Shown one piece after another: positions 35,676-47,467 of a stretch of DNA of 64,000 nucleotides (the first letter of the stretch is position 1; every line of letters begins with the position of its first letter). The DNA comes from Vicugna vicugna. Taxonomy: Eukaryota. The stretch is taken from contig MU058687.1 in NCBI GenBank assembly GCA_013265495.1, positions 806,001 to 870,000 of the forward strand. The letters run 5' to 3'. The notes beneath the pieces are model-generated. The model was not told the origin of the DNA and made no database searches. It was given only the letters and a program-made list of their open reading frames with translations. The translations under genes were made by a program, and so were the position numbers.

Positions 35676-38600
35676 ACTCCAGAGGGCAGTGTTCACTGAG
35701 CAGCCACAAGTTCCGTACAAAGCAACCACCGGATGGGATGAACATTCCCCCGGGGCATCTGAAAAAGAACATGATTGTCTTTCTGTTCCCTTCTGGCTTC
35801 ATCTCTCCCTAACCTTTGCTTTCAAACAAAAGTCCTAGGGGACTTAGGTCAGTTAAATGCTATGAGTACAGCCACAAGCTTGAAATGTTTGTTGCAAGTA
35901 TTTTTTTTTAAGTCAGATGCTGGAAACTGCATAAATTATTGTTTTAATGGGAGCCCAATAAGCTCCCTGGCCTCCCCATATGAGGCCTGGGCATGGGGGA
36001 TGCCACTCCAGGCTCTTGCCATCTTTCTAGATTTTTCTGAAAAGATCCCAGATGCCTTGCCTGACCTGGTCCCCGTCAGCTCCCACACCAAGCTTGCTGC
36101 TCTGCGCTTGCCTAAGCCTTCCTGCTCTCAGAGCTATTCAGTAAACTGGCTATGAGCATGGGTTCCAGAGTCTTGAGTGGAGCTGGGCTGGAATGGCCCT
36201 TCATGCCAGTTTCCACCTCGTAGAGAATCCTCTTCATAGGGTCATTGTGAGGACTGGTTAAGGTGCTGGAGACATTCTACTTGACCCTGTGGGCCTCTCT
36301 CCACCCAACTCTGGGCCCTGGGAGGCTCCTTCATCCTCTACTTTTGAGTCCTGTTCTGCCCACGTGGGACCCCAGCAAGAGGGCAGAGGACAGATGAGGG
36401 AGCAGAGGTATTCATCCTCCAGCTCCCTCCTGATGGGCCACTGTGGCAGGTGGTGGCTCTATGGCTCTATTCCTTTCCTGAAGGCCACAGCCCTGTTGTG
36501 GCCCTCTCCTGTGGCTGGAGCTACTCTGGGTCCCAGTAACATCTGACCCCTTGCCCCTTAGATCTGCAGGGCTAAGAGATTCCCTGCACAGTTACCCCCA
36601 GGACACTCTGCTTCCCTTGTTGTTTCTTCTGACCATGTCCATATCTTTGCAAATAGACCGTTTGTCAACTGTTCTCATTGAGCGTGCCATCTGTTTCCTG
36701 CTAGAATCCTGACTGATACCGATAAGGAGTCTCAACGATCAAGTATTGAGCTATGTGACTCAGCACTTTATCCCCTTTGACTAATGGAGGTGAAGAGACA
36801 ACATCAAACAGCTGGCGAGCAGTAGAATCAGATGAAACTGAGGTCTAGCTCATGATCACTGCTCTTAACCACTGTGCTGTAGGGGCCCCAATACTAAAAG
36901 AGATGGTGCCCATAAAGTGCTTTGCACAGTAGGGCTAGCTGATTCAACAACGCTCCGTAAATGGTAGGTTAAAATCACAACCATACCACACTCAAAAAAT
37001 CCAAAGTCTTAAATTCTACTCCAGCATAACACTAGCCCAACCCTAACCACAACGCTAAGGTTGAAGCCTCATTCTAATACCACACTAAAGTGATACTCTA
37101 ATCCTACCCTAACCACCACCTGAACTAGAATGCCACCTCAACCGCAATCTTAGTCCCATCAATCCTAACCCAAACATGTATCACTGTAACCACAAAGCTC
37201 GACACCCTCCCAGGGTGAGGCTGGGATCAGGGCTGAGGGGAGCACTAGGGAGTCTCCCTGCCCCTCTGCACCTAGGTGCTTGCCCCTACCCCAGTGGCAA
37301 ATGCACCTACACCCAAATCCATCTCTTTACCCTCTTTGTCAGACTCTACACAATTGGCCAAGAGATATTTATGCAACATTCACTTCCCTGGGGAGAACCA
37401 GGAGAGGAGGGTAGAGCATCTAGCTCTGTTAGGCAGGCATTGTTGCCTGGAACAGAACACAGTGCAATAAATCCTGTGGGTGGTGATGATGATGAAGGAG
37501 AGGTAGAAGGGGAAGACGCTCTGTAGCTTTCTCCATCATTTGAATGCAGGCTCTGGGCAGATAGGAGGTGAACACTGCCTATCTTAGAGCTCTATAGAGG
37601 GCTGGGGCCAGGGCTGGGCTGGGAAGGAGTCCCTCTCTGGAAGCAAACCCAGGGGAGGGCCCCATAATCCATAACTCTGGGATAATCTTAGAAAAGGGAG
37701 TCATGCAGGCTTCATCAGAGATTGGGGGCTGACTCGGGCCACCTCAGGCCAGATGTCCACCTTCAAGCTTCAATATGAGAGGGAGGAAGGTAAGAAGAAG
37801 TGTGCAAGAAGCAGACACCATTTCCCTTGAATCTGCCCACATGCCTGGGGTGGGAAACTGGAGACGTGTTTTGAGGCCCCAGGGCCCCCTTCTCCCTTGA
37901 GCACTGAGAGGCCTGAGCTCAGTGGCCTCTTCATCAACCCAGACGTGCCTGCCCTGGGCCAAGCATGGCGGGAGGAGGAGGCCGCAGGCTCTGCTGCCCG
38001 GAAAGGAGGTACATGGGACCCACCCTCCTCAGGACCTCTGTTGGGCCCCCTCAGCCAAGACTGAAAGCACAGCAAGACCGCATCCACCCAGAGCCTGTGT
38101 CTTTTTGTTTTCACACACAGATACCCCAAGGCCAGCCATGGCCCTGACCAAGCCCTGAGCTCTGTGGCCCTCAGGTATTTGTGTGGGTTGGAGCGGTGCG
38201 TGTTAACACTCTACAAAGCCCAGAGGCCCACCTCCCTTTCAGAGAAACCTAGAGAGGACTACCTTGAAGGAACATGCTTTGTGGGGGAAATGGAAAACAC
38301 TTCCCTCCTGGGGAGAAGCCAGGTCCAGGGTCACCACGTACAGCTACACAGGCCATGTGCCACACAATTCTTTGAGTACCTGTCAGAGAGACTATGATGG
38401 AACAACATCTCCTGATCCTGTGTCCAGGGACTCAAAGGTCTAGCACACACAGCCTGCCTCCCTCCTGTCCTTAATGGAAATGAAGTGTTTCAGACCCACC
38501 TCATTACCCAAGCAGTTTCCGCAGGGCAGGGATGAGTGGGACTGGCAGGGGCTGAGTGCCAAGGGACCATGCACAAACCTTACTGTGGCCCATTTACACT

Positions 38601-39199
38601 TTCAGAATCCTCTGCAAGCAGTGGGGAGACGGGGCATGGGTGATGAAGGAAGTTCTCAGCTGAGACACAGGTCTCTTTTACTCTCTTCGAAAAGCAGCAG
38701 CAGGGCTTCTGTGACTTCAGACTTGGGAAAATAAAACCCCTTCCGTTTGTTCTGGCTGGAGGCCCACGAGTAAGCAACCTCCTCTGACTACTCCCCTCTG
38801 AGCCCTCCCTCTTCCAAACCCACAGCCCTAGGGAAGAAGGTTCATGGGACTTTTCTAAGGCCCAAGAAATCGAAGAAAGTGGGAGGAGATCCCTTTATAG
38901 CTGCCGCTGCCCCTGCCCGACCCCTGGCACTTCTAAGGGCCTGCTAAGCCCTGCTCTGGCCATTCTCTCATCACCCTTAGAAGAGAATCATTGCCCTCGG
39001 CCTGCCCTGGCTCCAGATCCCTAAGGCCAAGGGGCACAGGGTAAGCAGGTACCCACCTGTTGGAGGATTGGGAGAGCCCCTTCCTGGTATCAGCATGCCT
39101 GGGCATAAGCTGAGTGTCAGCTCAGAAGGGAAGGGATCTGAGACCAGCTATTTTTGTTCCAGGTAGCAACAGAGGATACGTGGTGACAGGGATGTTCAT

Positions 39200-39700
39200 T
39201 CAGTAGCTAATTATTTACTTACTGAGTACTTATTATATGCCAGGCACTGTTCTAGGAGCGGGGGATATATCAGCAAACAAAACAAAGATCCCTGCCCTCG
39301 AGCAGCTCACACTGTAGTTGGGGAAAAACAGATAGTACACAATAAGCATAATAACTAAATTAGATGTTATGTCAGAAAGTGGAAAATAAAAAAGTACTGT
39401 GGAAATAAAAAAGTGAACCAGATGAAGGGACTCTCAAATTAGGGGTTTACAATATTAAATAATAGGAAAATAGAAGACATCCTCCTCCTGGGAAAGAGCC
39501 AGGTTCAGGGTCACCACATATAGCTGTACAGGTTGTGCACTGCACAACCATGGGGTACCTGTCACAGAGACTAGGATGTGAAGCACATCCCCTGGTGGTA
39601 TGTCCAGTGGCTAAGGCTAACCTTATATTTAAAAGCCTTAAAAGGTGGTCAGGGAGGGCCTCAGGGTGGAGCTGCCCCTGAAAGTGACCCAGGCATGTAT
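39200..39700 (+). mobile_element. L2 LINE fragment interrupted at ~39462-39640
   Basis: ttactgagtacttattatatgccaggcactgttctagg...aaacaaaacaaagatccctgccctc...ttacaatattaaata // ggtggtcagggagggcctc. Strand given as read; orientation relative to the L2 consensus is uncertain. Confidence 0.7.
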
Positions 39701-40139
39701 AGGAGGCATAAATAAGTACTCCAGCCCACTGACAGGACTGCTAAATACCAGCAAGAACCAGCATTTACAAGGCCCATTACAGTTCAGAAAGCAATCTTCC
39801 ACCCACATTGTTTTAGTTCACCTGACAACCTCCCTGTGAGGGAAGAATGATCCTTCCTGTTTCACAGATAGAGACATTAAGGCTTAATGAAGTTAAGTGG
39901 CTTGCCCAAGGTCACAAGTCCAGTGAGTGGCCCAGCTTGGAAGCAAATTTGGGCATCCTGACTCTAAGTCTTTTCAAAATAGTATAGCCAAAGTCCTAAG
40001 GGTTGGGGAATTCCAGAAAAACCCCAGGAGGCAAGCTTGGGGCTCAGAGTTATAAAAACAAGTCAGGAAATAAAAGGACTAAAAAAAGGAAGAAAAGAAA
40101 GAGAAGGAAGGTATTCATCCCCTGGAGGTCCCAAAATCT

Positions 40140-40221
40140 TGACTCAGTCAGATTTGTGGGGTTGAGTCAACCCAGCAGAGAGGCACCACTCAGTGGCCCT
40201 GAGGAAGCAGATGACGCAGCA
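40140..40221. promoter_or_regulatory. Candidate AP-1/ARE intronic enhancer
   Basis: TGACTCA at 40140-40146, TGAGTCA at 40163-40169 and ATGACGCAGCA at 40211-40221, outside recognisable repeats. Motif evidence only. Confidence 0.4.
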
Positions 40222-42014
40222 CAAAAGACGCAGACTGATTAGCTCAGCCTTGCCAAGGAGGACTTGAGGCTCACTGTCAGGGAGAGCCAAGGTCTGCCCC
40301 TGTGAAAGGCATCATGTGTCCTTGTCATGACCTTGGAAATGAGTAAAGAGGGGAGTAAGCACAGTTCACCATCAGGGATGGAAAATGACCAAGCTGGAGG
40401 CCAGAGTCTGAGACCATTAATTCTTGACCTCAGAGAAGACCTCCTTGTCACTTTGATTTACAAATATGGAAACTGAGGCTCAGGGAGGACAAGGGACTCT
40501 TCCAAGTTTTCCTAGCTCGAGTTGGCCTCTGGTCAGATTCCAGGTGTACTGGAGAATAGTCTTGGGTCCAAGGGACTAGAAAGAGGAGGAAAGAGGACAA
40601 ACAGGGGGTCACTTTGCTCAGAGGAGAGAGCAGAGGCATGTGGCAGCATGCTGAAGCACAGAGCAGAGGAATGGAGTGGGATGGAGTTGGCAGCAGCTGG
40701 AGCTCGACTCAGAGGACCCCGATGAGCCTTCAGACTTGCCCAGTGTCAGGATCTCCTGGGTTCCCAGGACAGGCCCACAACCTTTGTCTTGCCTTAGTTT
40801 CCCCACCTAGAAACCAGACAGTGAGTTGGAGAAAAACGCCTCCTGGCAAACAGAGTGTCTCACTGATTTGTCACAGGCATGGGGAGTAGGTAGGTACCCT
40901 AAGAGATTTCACAGTTTTTGGAGCCACTGTGTGCCAGACACCCCACTAATCCCTCTACATGCATTATTTCAATGAATTATCTCAACCACCCTATGAGACA
41001 GGCATCAACTTTCCCACTTCAAAGAGTCTGAGTTGCAGTGAGGTGAAGTGACTTGCATAACTAGTTTGTGAGGGTGCTGCCTGGCTCCAAAGTCTAGTGC
41101 TTTCCCGGCACACACACCACGGTTGCCTCCTTACACCTGCTGCCCTCTCCTCAGGTACCTGGTTTGATTCTAGATCGCCGATCTCCTGGGAAAATCCCTT
41201 GCCATTCTGACAGGAGCGATGCCTGGGTGCCCCTGCAGCAGCTTCTAGGGCAGTGGTCTCCTGAGGGGTTGCTCTGCTCCCCCAGACTGGCAGAGATCAC
41301 CCGTGGGGGCAGAGTCCCCACACCCCCAACAGAGGCCTGGCAAGACCTGGGGGTGAAGGAAGGCAGCATTCCTGTGGGAAACCTGTGGGCTCACTCTCAG
41401 CAGGTTAAAGGTCATGTGTCAGGAAGTGCCACGAGGGCCCTAGTGGAGACGTGGGGCACAATGATGCCAGGGTTCTGCTCTGAGGCGGCGAGTTCTACGC
41501 CCTGCCGCAGGCAGGCACCCACGGCCATATGTGCTCCTGACAGCGGCACTAGTGCCCCTGACCTTCCCCTCTCTCCCCACAGACAAAAGCCCCGAAATGC
41601 CTGGCACCCCCAGCCAGGGCTGTGGGAGTGGACACACCCCTGAGTGGCCTCACTGCTGGGCTTCATCAGTAGACTACACGGGAACCCGCTGCAGGGGTTG
41701 GGAGATGTGAAGGAGAGACTGCGGCGGGAGAGCCGAGCTGACTGCTCCACTCTGCTCTGGACCAGTTGTGTTGGGGGTGCTGGAGCAGAGAAAACAGATA
41801 AAACGTGGTCCTCCTGGGCCTGACATTTTACTGAGGTAAGAAAGAAAGTCAAATAAATGAGCGAAATACGTGCTATGGAGAAAAACAGCCAGGCAAGGGG
41901 TAGGAAGTGTTAGGGGGTGTGTAGTTTAAAATCAGGTGAACATGGGAGTCCCACTGAAAAGAAAAGACCTGGAAGGGGAAGGAAGGATCCATGTGCATAT
42001 CTGGGAAGAGGGTT

Positions 42015-42488
42015 TGATGTAGGTTGAATTGTGTCCCCCAAGATACATTGAAGTCCTAACCGCCAATCCGTGAATGTGACCTTATTTGGACATAGGATCT
42101 TTGCAGATGTAATTAGTTAGGGTTAGATGAGATTTACTGAATTATGATGGACCTTAAATCCAATGACCAGTGTCCTTATAAGAAGAATATACCACACACA
42201 CACACACATGCACAAACAGGCACACAAAAGGAAGCCATGTGATGGCAGAGGCAGAGATCAGAATGATGCAGCTACTAGCGAAGGGACACCAAGGATTGCC
42301 AGGAGCCATCAGATGCTAGGGGAGAGGCATGGAACAGACCTTCCCTCAGGGTTTCCAGAAGGAACAACCCTACTAAGGCTTTAATTTTGGGCATCTGCCC
42401 TCCTGAACTGAGAGAAGATGCATTTCTGTTTGCTTTCAACCATTCTGTTTGTGGCCATTTGTTACAGCAGACCTAGGAAGCAAACACA
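42015..42488 (+). mobile_element. MaLR solo LTR (MLT1C/D-like) inserted in an L2
   Basis: ggttgaattgtgtcccc...gaatgtgaccttatttgga...tttgcagatgtaatt...tttgttacagcagacctaggaagcaaacaca. Imperfect 5-bp TSD gggtt/gtgtt. Confidence 0.88.
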
Positions 42489-42720
42489 GTGTTCCAGGGA
42501 TGGAGATAGCAAGTGCAAAGGCCCTGAGGTGGGGGGGGGGGTGTCTCTGGCATGTTTGAGGAAAAACAAATCGGCTGGTGTGGCAGAGGCACAGTGAATG
42601 AGGGGTGAGAGCTGATGTTGAAGACATCAGAAAGGTTTGGGGGCCAGATCATTCATGGAGGGCCGCCTTTTGTAAGGGGAGCTGTTATACTACAGATGGA
42701 GGGTCCTAGCTGGAATAGGC

Positions 42721-43331
42721 TGCAGTGTATGGGTGTAGTTGGCCCCATGATCTTTGTTCCCTGGTGTTAACGCCTTTAAATATGTTACATTAAATGGCAA
42801 AAGGAAATTAAGATTGCAGATGGAATTAAGGTTGCTAATCAGCTGACCCTAAAATAGGGAGAGTGTCCTGGATTATTGAGGGAAACAGGGCATGTAATCA
42901 TATAGGCCCTTAAAAGTCGAAGAAGAAGGCAGAAGAGTCAGTGACAGATTCAGCTGTAGAGGGAGGCAGAGGGGAGAGTTAACACACAAAGATTTCACCT
43001 ACTGTCACTGGCTTTGACAAAGGTGGCCACAAGCAAGGAATGTGGGCGGCTTCTATATGGAATGGCCCTCAGGTGACAGCCAGCAAGGAAGCAAGGACTT
43101 CAGTCCTACAACTGCAAGGAAGTGAATTCTGCCAACAAACAACTTGAATGAGCAAGAAAAGAGATTCTCCCTGGAGCCTCTGGGAACTCAGCCCTGCTGA
43201 CACCTTGACTTTAGCCCAGTGAGATCCGTGTCAGTTGTTTGACCTAGAGAACTGTAGGATAATACATGTGCATTGTTTTACGTGGCTAAATTTGTGGCAA
43301 TTTGTAATGGAAGCCATAGAAAATGAATACA
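42721..43331 (+). mobile_element. MaLR solo LTR (MLT1E/F-like)
   Basis: ttgcagatggaattaaggttgctaatcagctgacc...cagtcctacaactgcaagga...gacaccttgactttagcccagtgaga...aaatttgtggcaatttgtaatggaagccatagaaaatgaataca. Confidence 0.85.
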
Positions 43332-44094
43332 GTGGTAAAGAGGTGGAGTGTGCAGAGGGGAGGAGATCCAGGAGAGGGAGACACTGACCGGGATGGTAAA
43401 AAGAAGGCTGACCCCAGCTGCCCTCTAGGGGAACAGCCCGGGGTAGAGCCACCACCATGGGGCCCACAGCTTCCAGTGGCCCCCTGCCACCCTCACTTGT
43501 CCTGCTCAACACTGTCTTCCAGGCCTATTGTTGCCCAAGTGCTGACCAAACCCAGTGAGGATGTTCCCAGGGCCCTGCCTCTAGGTCCTGACCCAAGGAG
43601 GTCCCCCCGGTTCTGAGAAATGTCCTGACACCTCTCCTTACGTTGTCTCCTTTAGGGTTGTGGGATGGTCTTGGTGGAACAGCCAAATCAGCCAAAAACC
43701 ACTCCTAGTGCTATTGCTGGATCACATCTTCCCTGAGGCTGGGTCTGGGTTCTGACTTCAGAGCAGGTATGCATACGCACACACGCAAACACACACACAC
43801 ATACAGAGGACTCCAGTTTTTTGTCTGCTTTTTGGCACCCAAATCCCTATGCCTCCTCCCCACCCAAGTCCCCATGGCAAAGAGAACCAGCCCACTGATG
43901 GCTAACATGTTTTGAGCACTAAGCCATACCTGGCGCCATACTAAGTGTTCTACTCACATGGTCTCATGGCCTATTTCATCCGCTCTGCAATACTATCAGG
44001 TGGAGAATGTTGACTCAGAGAGGTTAGGGCATTTGCCTCTAAATCCAGAATTGGAACCCAGGATTATCTGAATCCAAAGCCCGTGCTCAGACCC

Positions 44095-44255
44095 TCACTC
44101 CTCAAGGGGTGGTCCATGGACCAGCAGCATCAGCATCAGCTGAGTCCATGTTAGAGATGCTCACCCTAGACCTGCCAAATCAGGAGCTGCATGCTGACCT
44201 GCAATCAGCTCCCAGGCGATTCACATGCTCCTTGCAGTCTGAGAAGCATATGTGT
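44095..44255 (+). mobile_element. MER5A-like hAT-Charlie element
   Basis: ctcaaggggtggtccatggaccagcagcatcagcatca...ttagagatgc...cccaggcgattcacatgc...tctgagaagca. Confidence 0.75.
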
Positions 44256-47220
44256 AAAGCACTGTTTTCCAAGACCTGCTGGTCCTTGGTTGTTGTAACC
44301 TCCTCCTCCCCTAGTCCCTCATGGCCCTTCCCCAGCTGCATGCCTCTTGCTCCCCAGGTGGACAGGCTCTCTGCCAAGCTTGGGGAAGAAGCCTGGACCT
44401 GGGGCTCAGAGGCAGTCTCCAGGACCCCGCAGCCAGCCCAGGCCACAGCTGGACGACATCAGTCCACATCTGGCTCACTGTAGGGCTTGCTGCCTCCTGC
44501 CCGAGACTCTTGTGGCTCCTCCCTCTTGTCTTCCTTCTGAGACACAAGTCTCTTGGCCTCTGTCGAGTGCTCTCCTGAAGGTGGCCTCTGGCCATCACCA
44601 GTCCCTGCTGTGTCTCCCCTCCCTGGACATTTTGCACCCTCCTTTTGCTCCTAGAATGCCCTCTGCATAATGTCACTCCCTTTATCTGGCCATCAAGGGC
44701 CTGTCCAACTTGCCATCAGGAGAGAGGCCAGCGGCTGCTTGGGAAAGCTGGCCAAGCTCACAGGAAATGTCTGACACCACCAGGCAAGCAGGATTTGGCC
44801 TCCCAAAGCAAAACACAGCTGGGCCGACTGAGGGCCGCTCGGACTTTCCCAGATTTCATGGCATTGAGACGCCAGGGCAGAGAGAGAGAGAGGCTGGCCT
44901 GGCCTGGAGGCTGAAGCTCATTAAAAACATCACAGTAGCCCCTGGCCAGGGAGCCTATGAAGCTCAAAGAGGGCAGCCCTGCTGTGGGCCAGAGACCTCA
45001 CCCTGGGCCTTTGTCCTCCATTGCTTCTTGCATACGTGAAGCCTTCCCTGGGGGCCCGAAGCCTCACATAACTCCTCTCCTCCTCCCAGCTTCCTTCTCT
45101 GCCTAGCATTGAGTCTCATCCATTTATTCATTCAATTTGTGTGGATTGAGCACCTCCAGGATACCAGGCACAGTGTTAGGCACCAGGGACATGAGGCACC
45201 AGGGACACGTTCAAGAAAGAGTAGGACGCAGTAGTCCCTGCTCTCAGGGAGCTCCCGGTCCAGTGAGCATATGCACAGACGGCCCTGAGGAAGAGTGGAA
45301 AGTGCAGCACTGGGGACATGGAGCCTCACCTCCTCTCCTTCTCTGTGCAGCATTGGCGGGGGTGCCCTTGGCTCCAGGTATGGGATGACGGTTCAGGACC
45401 ACGTGGGCCCTTTGTTGGGTAACTCTTCAGTTGGGACCAAGTAACAGAAAGCAATGCAGTTTGAGCACTTTCTTCAATCTAGGACTGCAGGAGGAGCTGT
45501 GGGGAAATCCACATTGTATGAAATGGAGTTGCTGCCTTCCAGGGTGCAGGCCACACAGTCTGATTGCAGGCACGGGGCACAGACCCACAAGGATGTGTGC
45601 CAAGTGCTCATTGCAGGCGGTCATAGCTTGGTGGAAGTGATGGGGGGCATGTTGGAAGAAGTGGGCCTGGGCCTTGAAGAATAGTGGGAGCGGGATAGGC
45701 TGAGAAGATGGGGCAGGGGATGTAAACAGCTCTACTCAAGGGTGCAAAGGACAGGATGACCTGCCAAGCAACCACCCCAGCACTCACTTGTGCATGCACA
45801 CAGAGGATAAATACACTGTAAGATGAATGTATCCCACAAGCCAAGAAAGAGCTTGCAGGGGGAAAGCCAGGCTGGAAGGGCTCTGCTCCCACCCTGCCCC
45901 AGGCTGGCCCTGGAGCTGCCACCTCTGGGGCGTCTCCAGGTGCCTTCTCAACAGGCCTACCCACTTTCAAGACCAATCAGAACAAGTCTCAGGTCCAGTC
46001 CACCTGCTCACAGCCAATCGCAGGCAGTTCGCCCAGCCCCTGCATTGTCCACCTGGCCCTTAATTCTGCCCCTCTCTCTGTCCCAGCATCCCAAGGCCTT
46101 GGCCAAAGGGTTTGGCTCTTCTGGTTTTGACCTTAGAGCTCCTAGGCCTTGACCTGAATTCATCCTTCTGCTTTCTCAGCTCCTGGCTGCCCTTGGAAAG
46201 TACCTGCTTGCGTGGTCTGGGCCCTGGAAACCACCTTACCAAGACCTTGGTCTGCTCTTGCCCCGACCTCACCTCTTCCCCTTTGGAGTTGCTGGATGAC
46301 CTCAAGCTCCTTTCCTTTCTTTCCTGAGCTCTCCCTCTGGGAATCTGACCTCGAGGTCAGCCTTCTCTCCCTGGTTCTCCCAGCCTCATCCAGGAGAGCA
46401 AATCCTTTTCCCCCTGAGTTCAGCAAGACAAAGTTCAAACATTTCATAAAGAACTTCCTAAGTAGGAAGCAAATGGAAAAACTAACCTGAAAAATCAAAA
46501 GGAAAACACAGCCCCTAGAAATGGACCAGTTTACAAAGTTCAGATTTCTTGTCCTGAGTGAGGAAAAAGTCTAGCCAGGTTTGCTGGCAAGCAGGCCGGG
46601 GAATCCTGCCTTGAACACCCCACTTCCCACTTCCTTTCCTACCCTCTGCCCCCATATGCCTTCTTGCCCCTCCAAGGAGAGAGGTTAGTGCTAGTAGTGA
46701 GTGAACTGAAGGGGTCTTTTCTGGCAGAGGAGTCTTTCCTGCATCACAGGGACCACGGGCAGAGAAGGAAGAGGAGAAACACTTAAAGAGTTTACTGTGT
46801 GCCAGGCACTGCTCTAAGCGCTTTCCTCATACTAACTAATCTCATTCTTGCATTCTTGCAACAGTTCTGTGCGTATGATTGTCATCATTGTCCTCACCTT
46901 ACTGATGAGGAATCAGAGAGATAAGTCACTTGCCCAAGGTCACCCACCTAGGAAGTGATAACACCAGGATTTGGAACAAGAGAGCCTGATTCCAGGTATG
47001 TGCCCTCCTCCGCTTTCTCCCAGGACTTCCCACCTCTGCTGTGCACCCCAGCTCGCCAGAGCCTGTGCCAACCCCAGCACCTGCTCCACTGCTTGCCGTC
47101 CCTGGAAGGAAGGACCTTCTGGCCTTCTCCACCAAGGTCTTCACCAAATAGGCCTAAGGAAGACGCCCCTCTAGAGAGGCTGCACCCCAGACCCAAGGTC
47201 CCACTGAGGAGGGGACTTAC

Positions 47221-47467
47221 CTGGCCGCCGCCGGCTGTGGCGCTGGTGGCCGTGTTCTGGGCGTGGTGCTTTCTCTGGCCGCACTGCTCCTGCGCAGGTT
47301 GGGGGACCCCTCAGCTGAGCGTCGGGGTGCCGGCCTGGCGTTCTGGGGGTCGAATTCCTCCTCGGGAATGACCTCTTCGCAGCGGGCTCCTCGGAAGCCG
47401 GAGCGGCACACGCAGAGCTGGGGCCGGCTGCAGGAGCCCCTGTTCTGGCAGGGCGGCTGACACACGG
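47221..47467 (-). CDS. LTBP2: LTBP2 exon 3 (247 nt), EGF-like domain plus Pro/Arg-rich linker
   Basis: ctgtctcccag|CCGTGTGTCAG ... GCGGCCAG|gtaagt. Translates [42 protein letters not shown]...PQPAAA(R). Phase 1 to 2. Confidence 0.96.
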
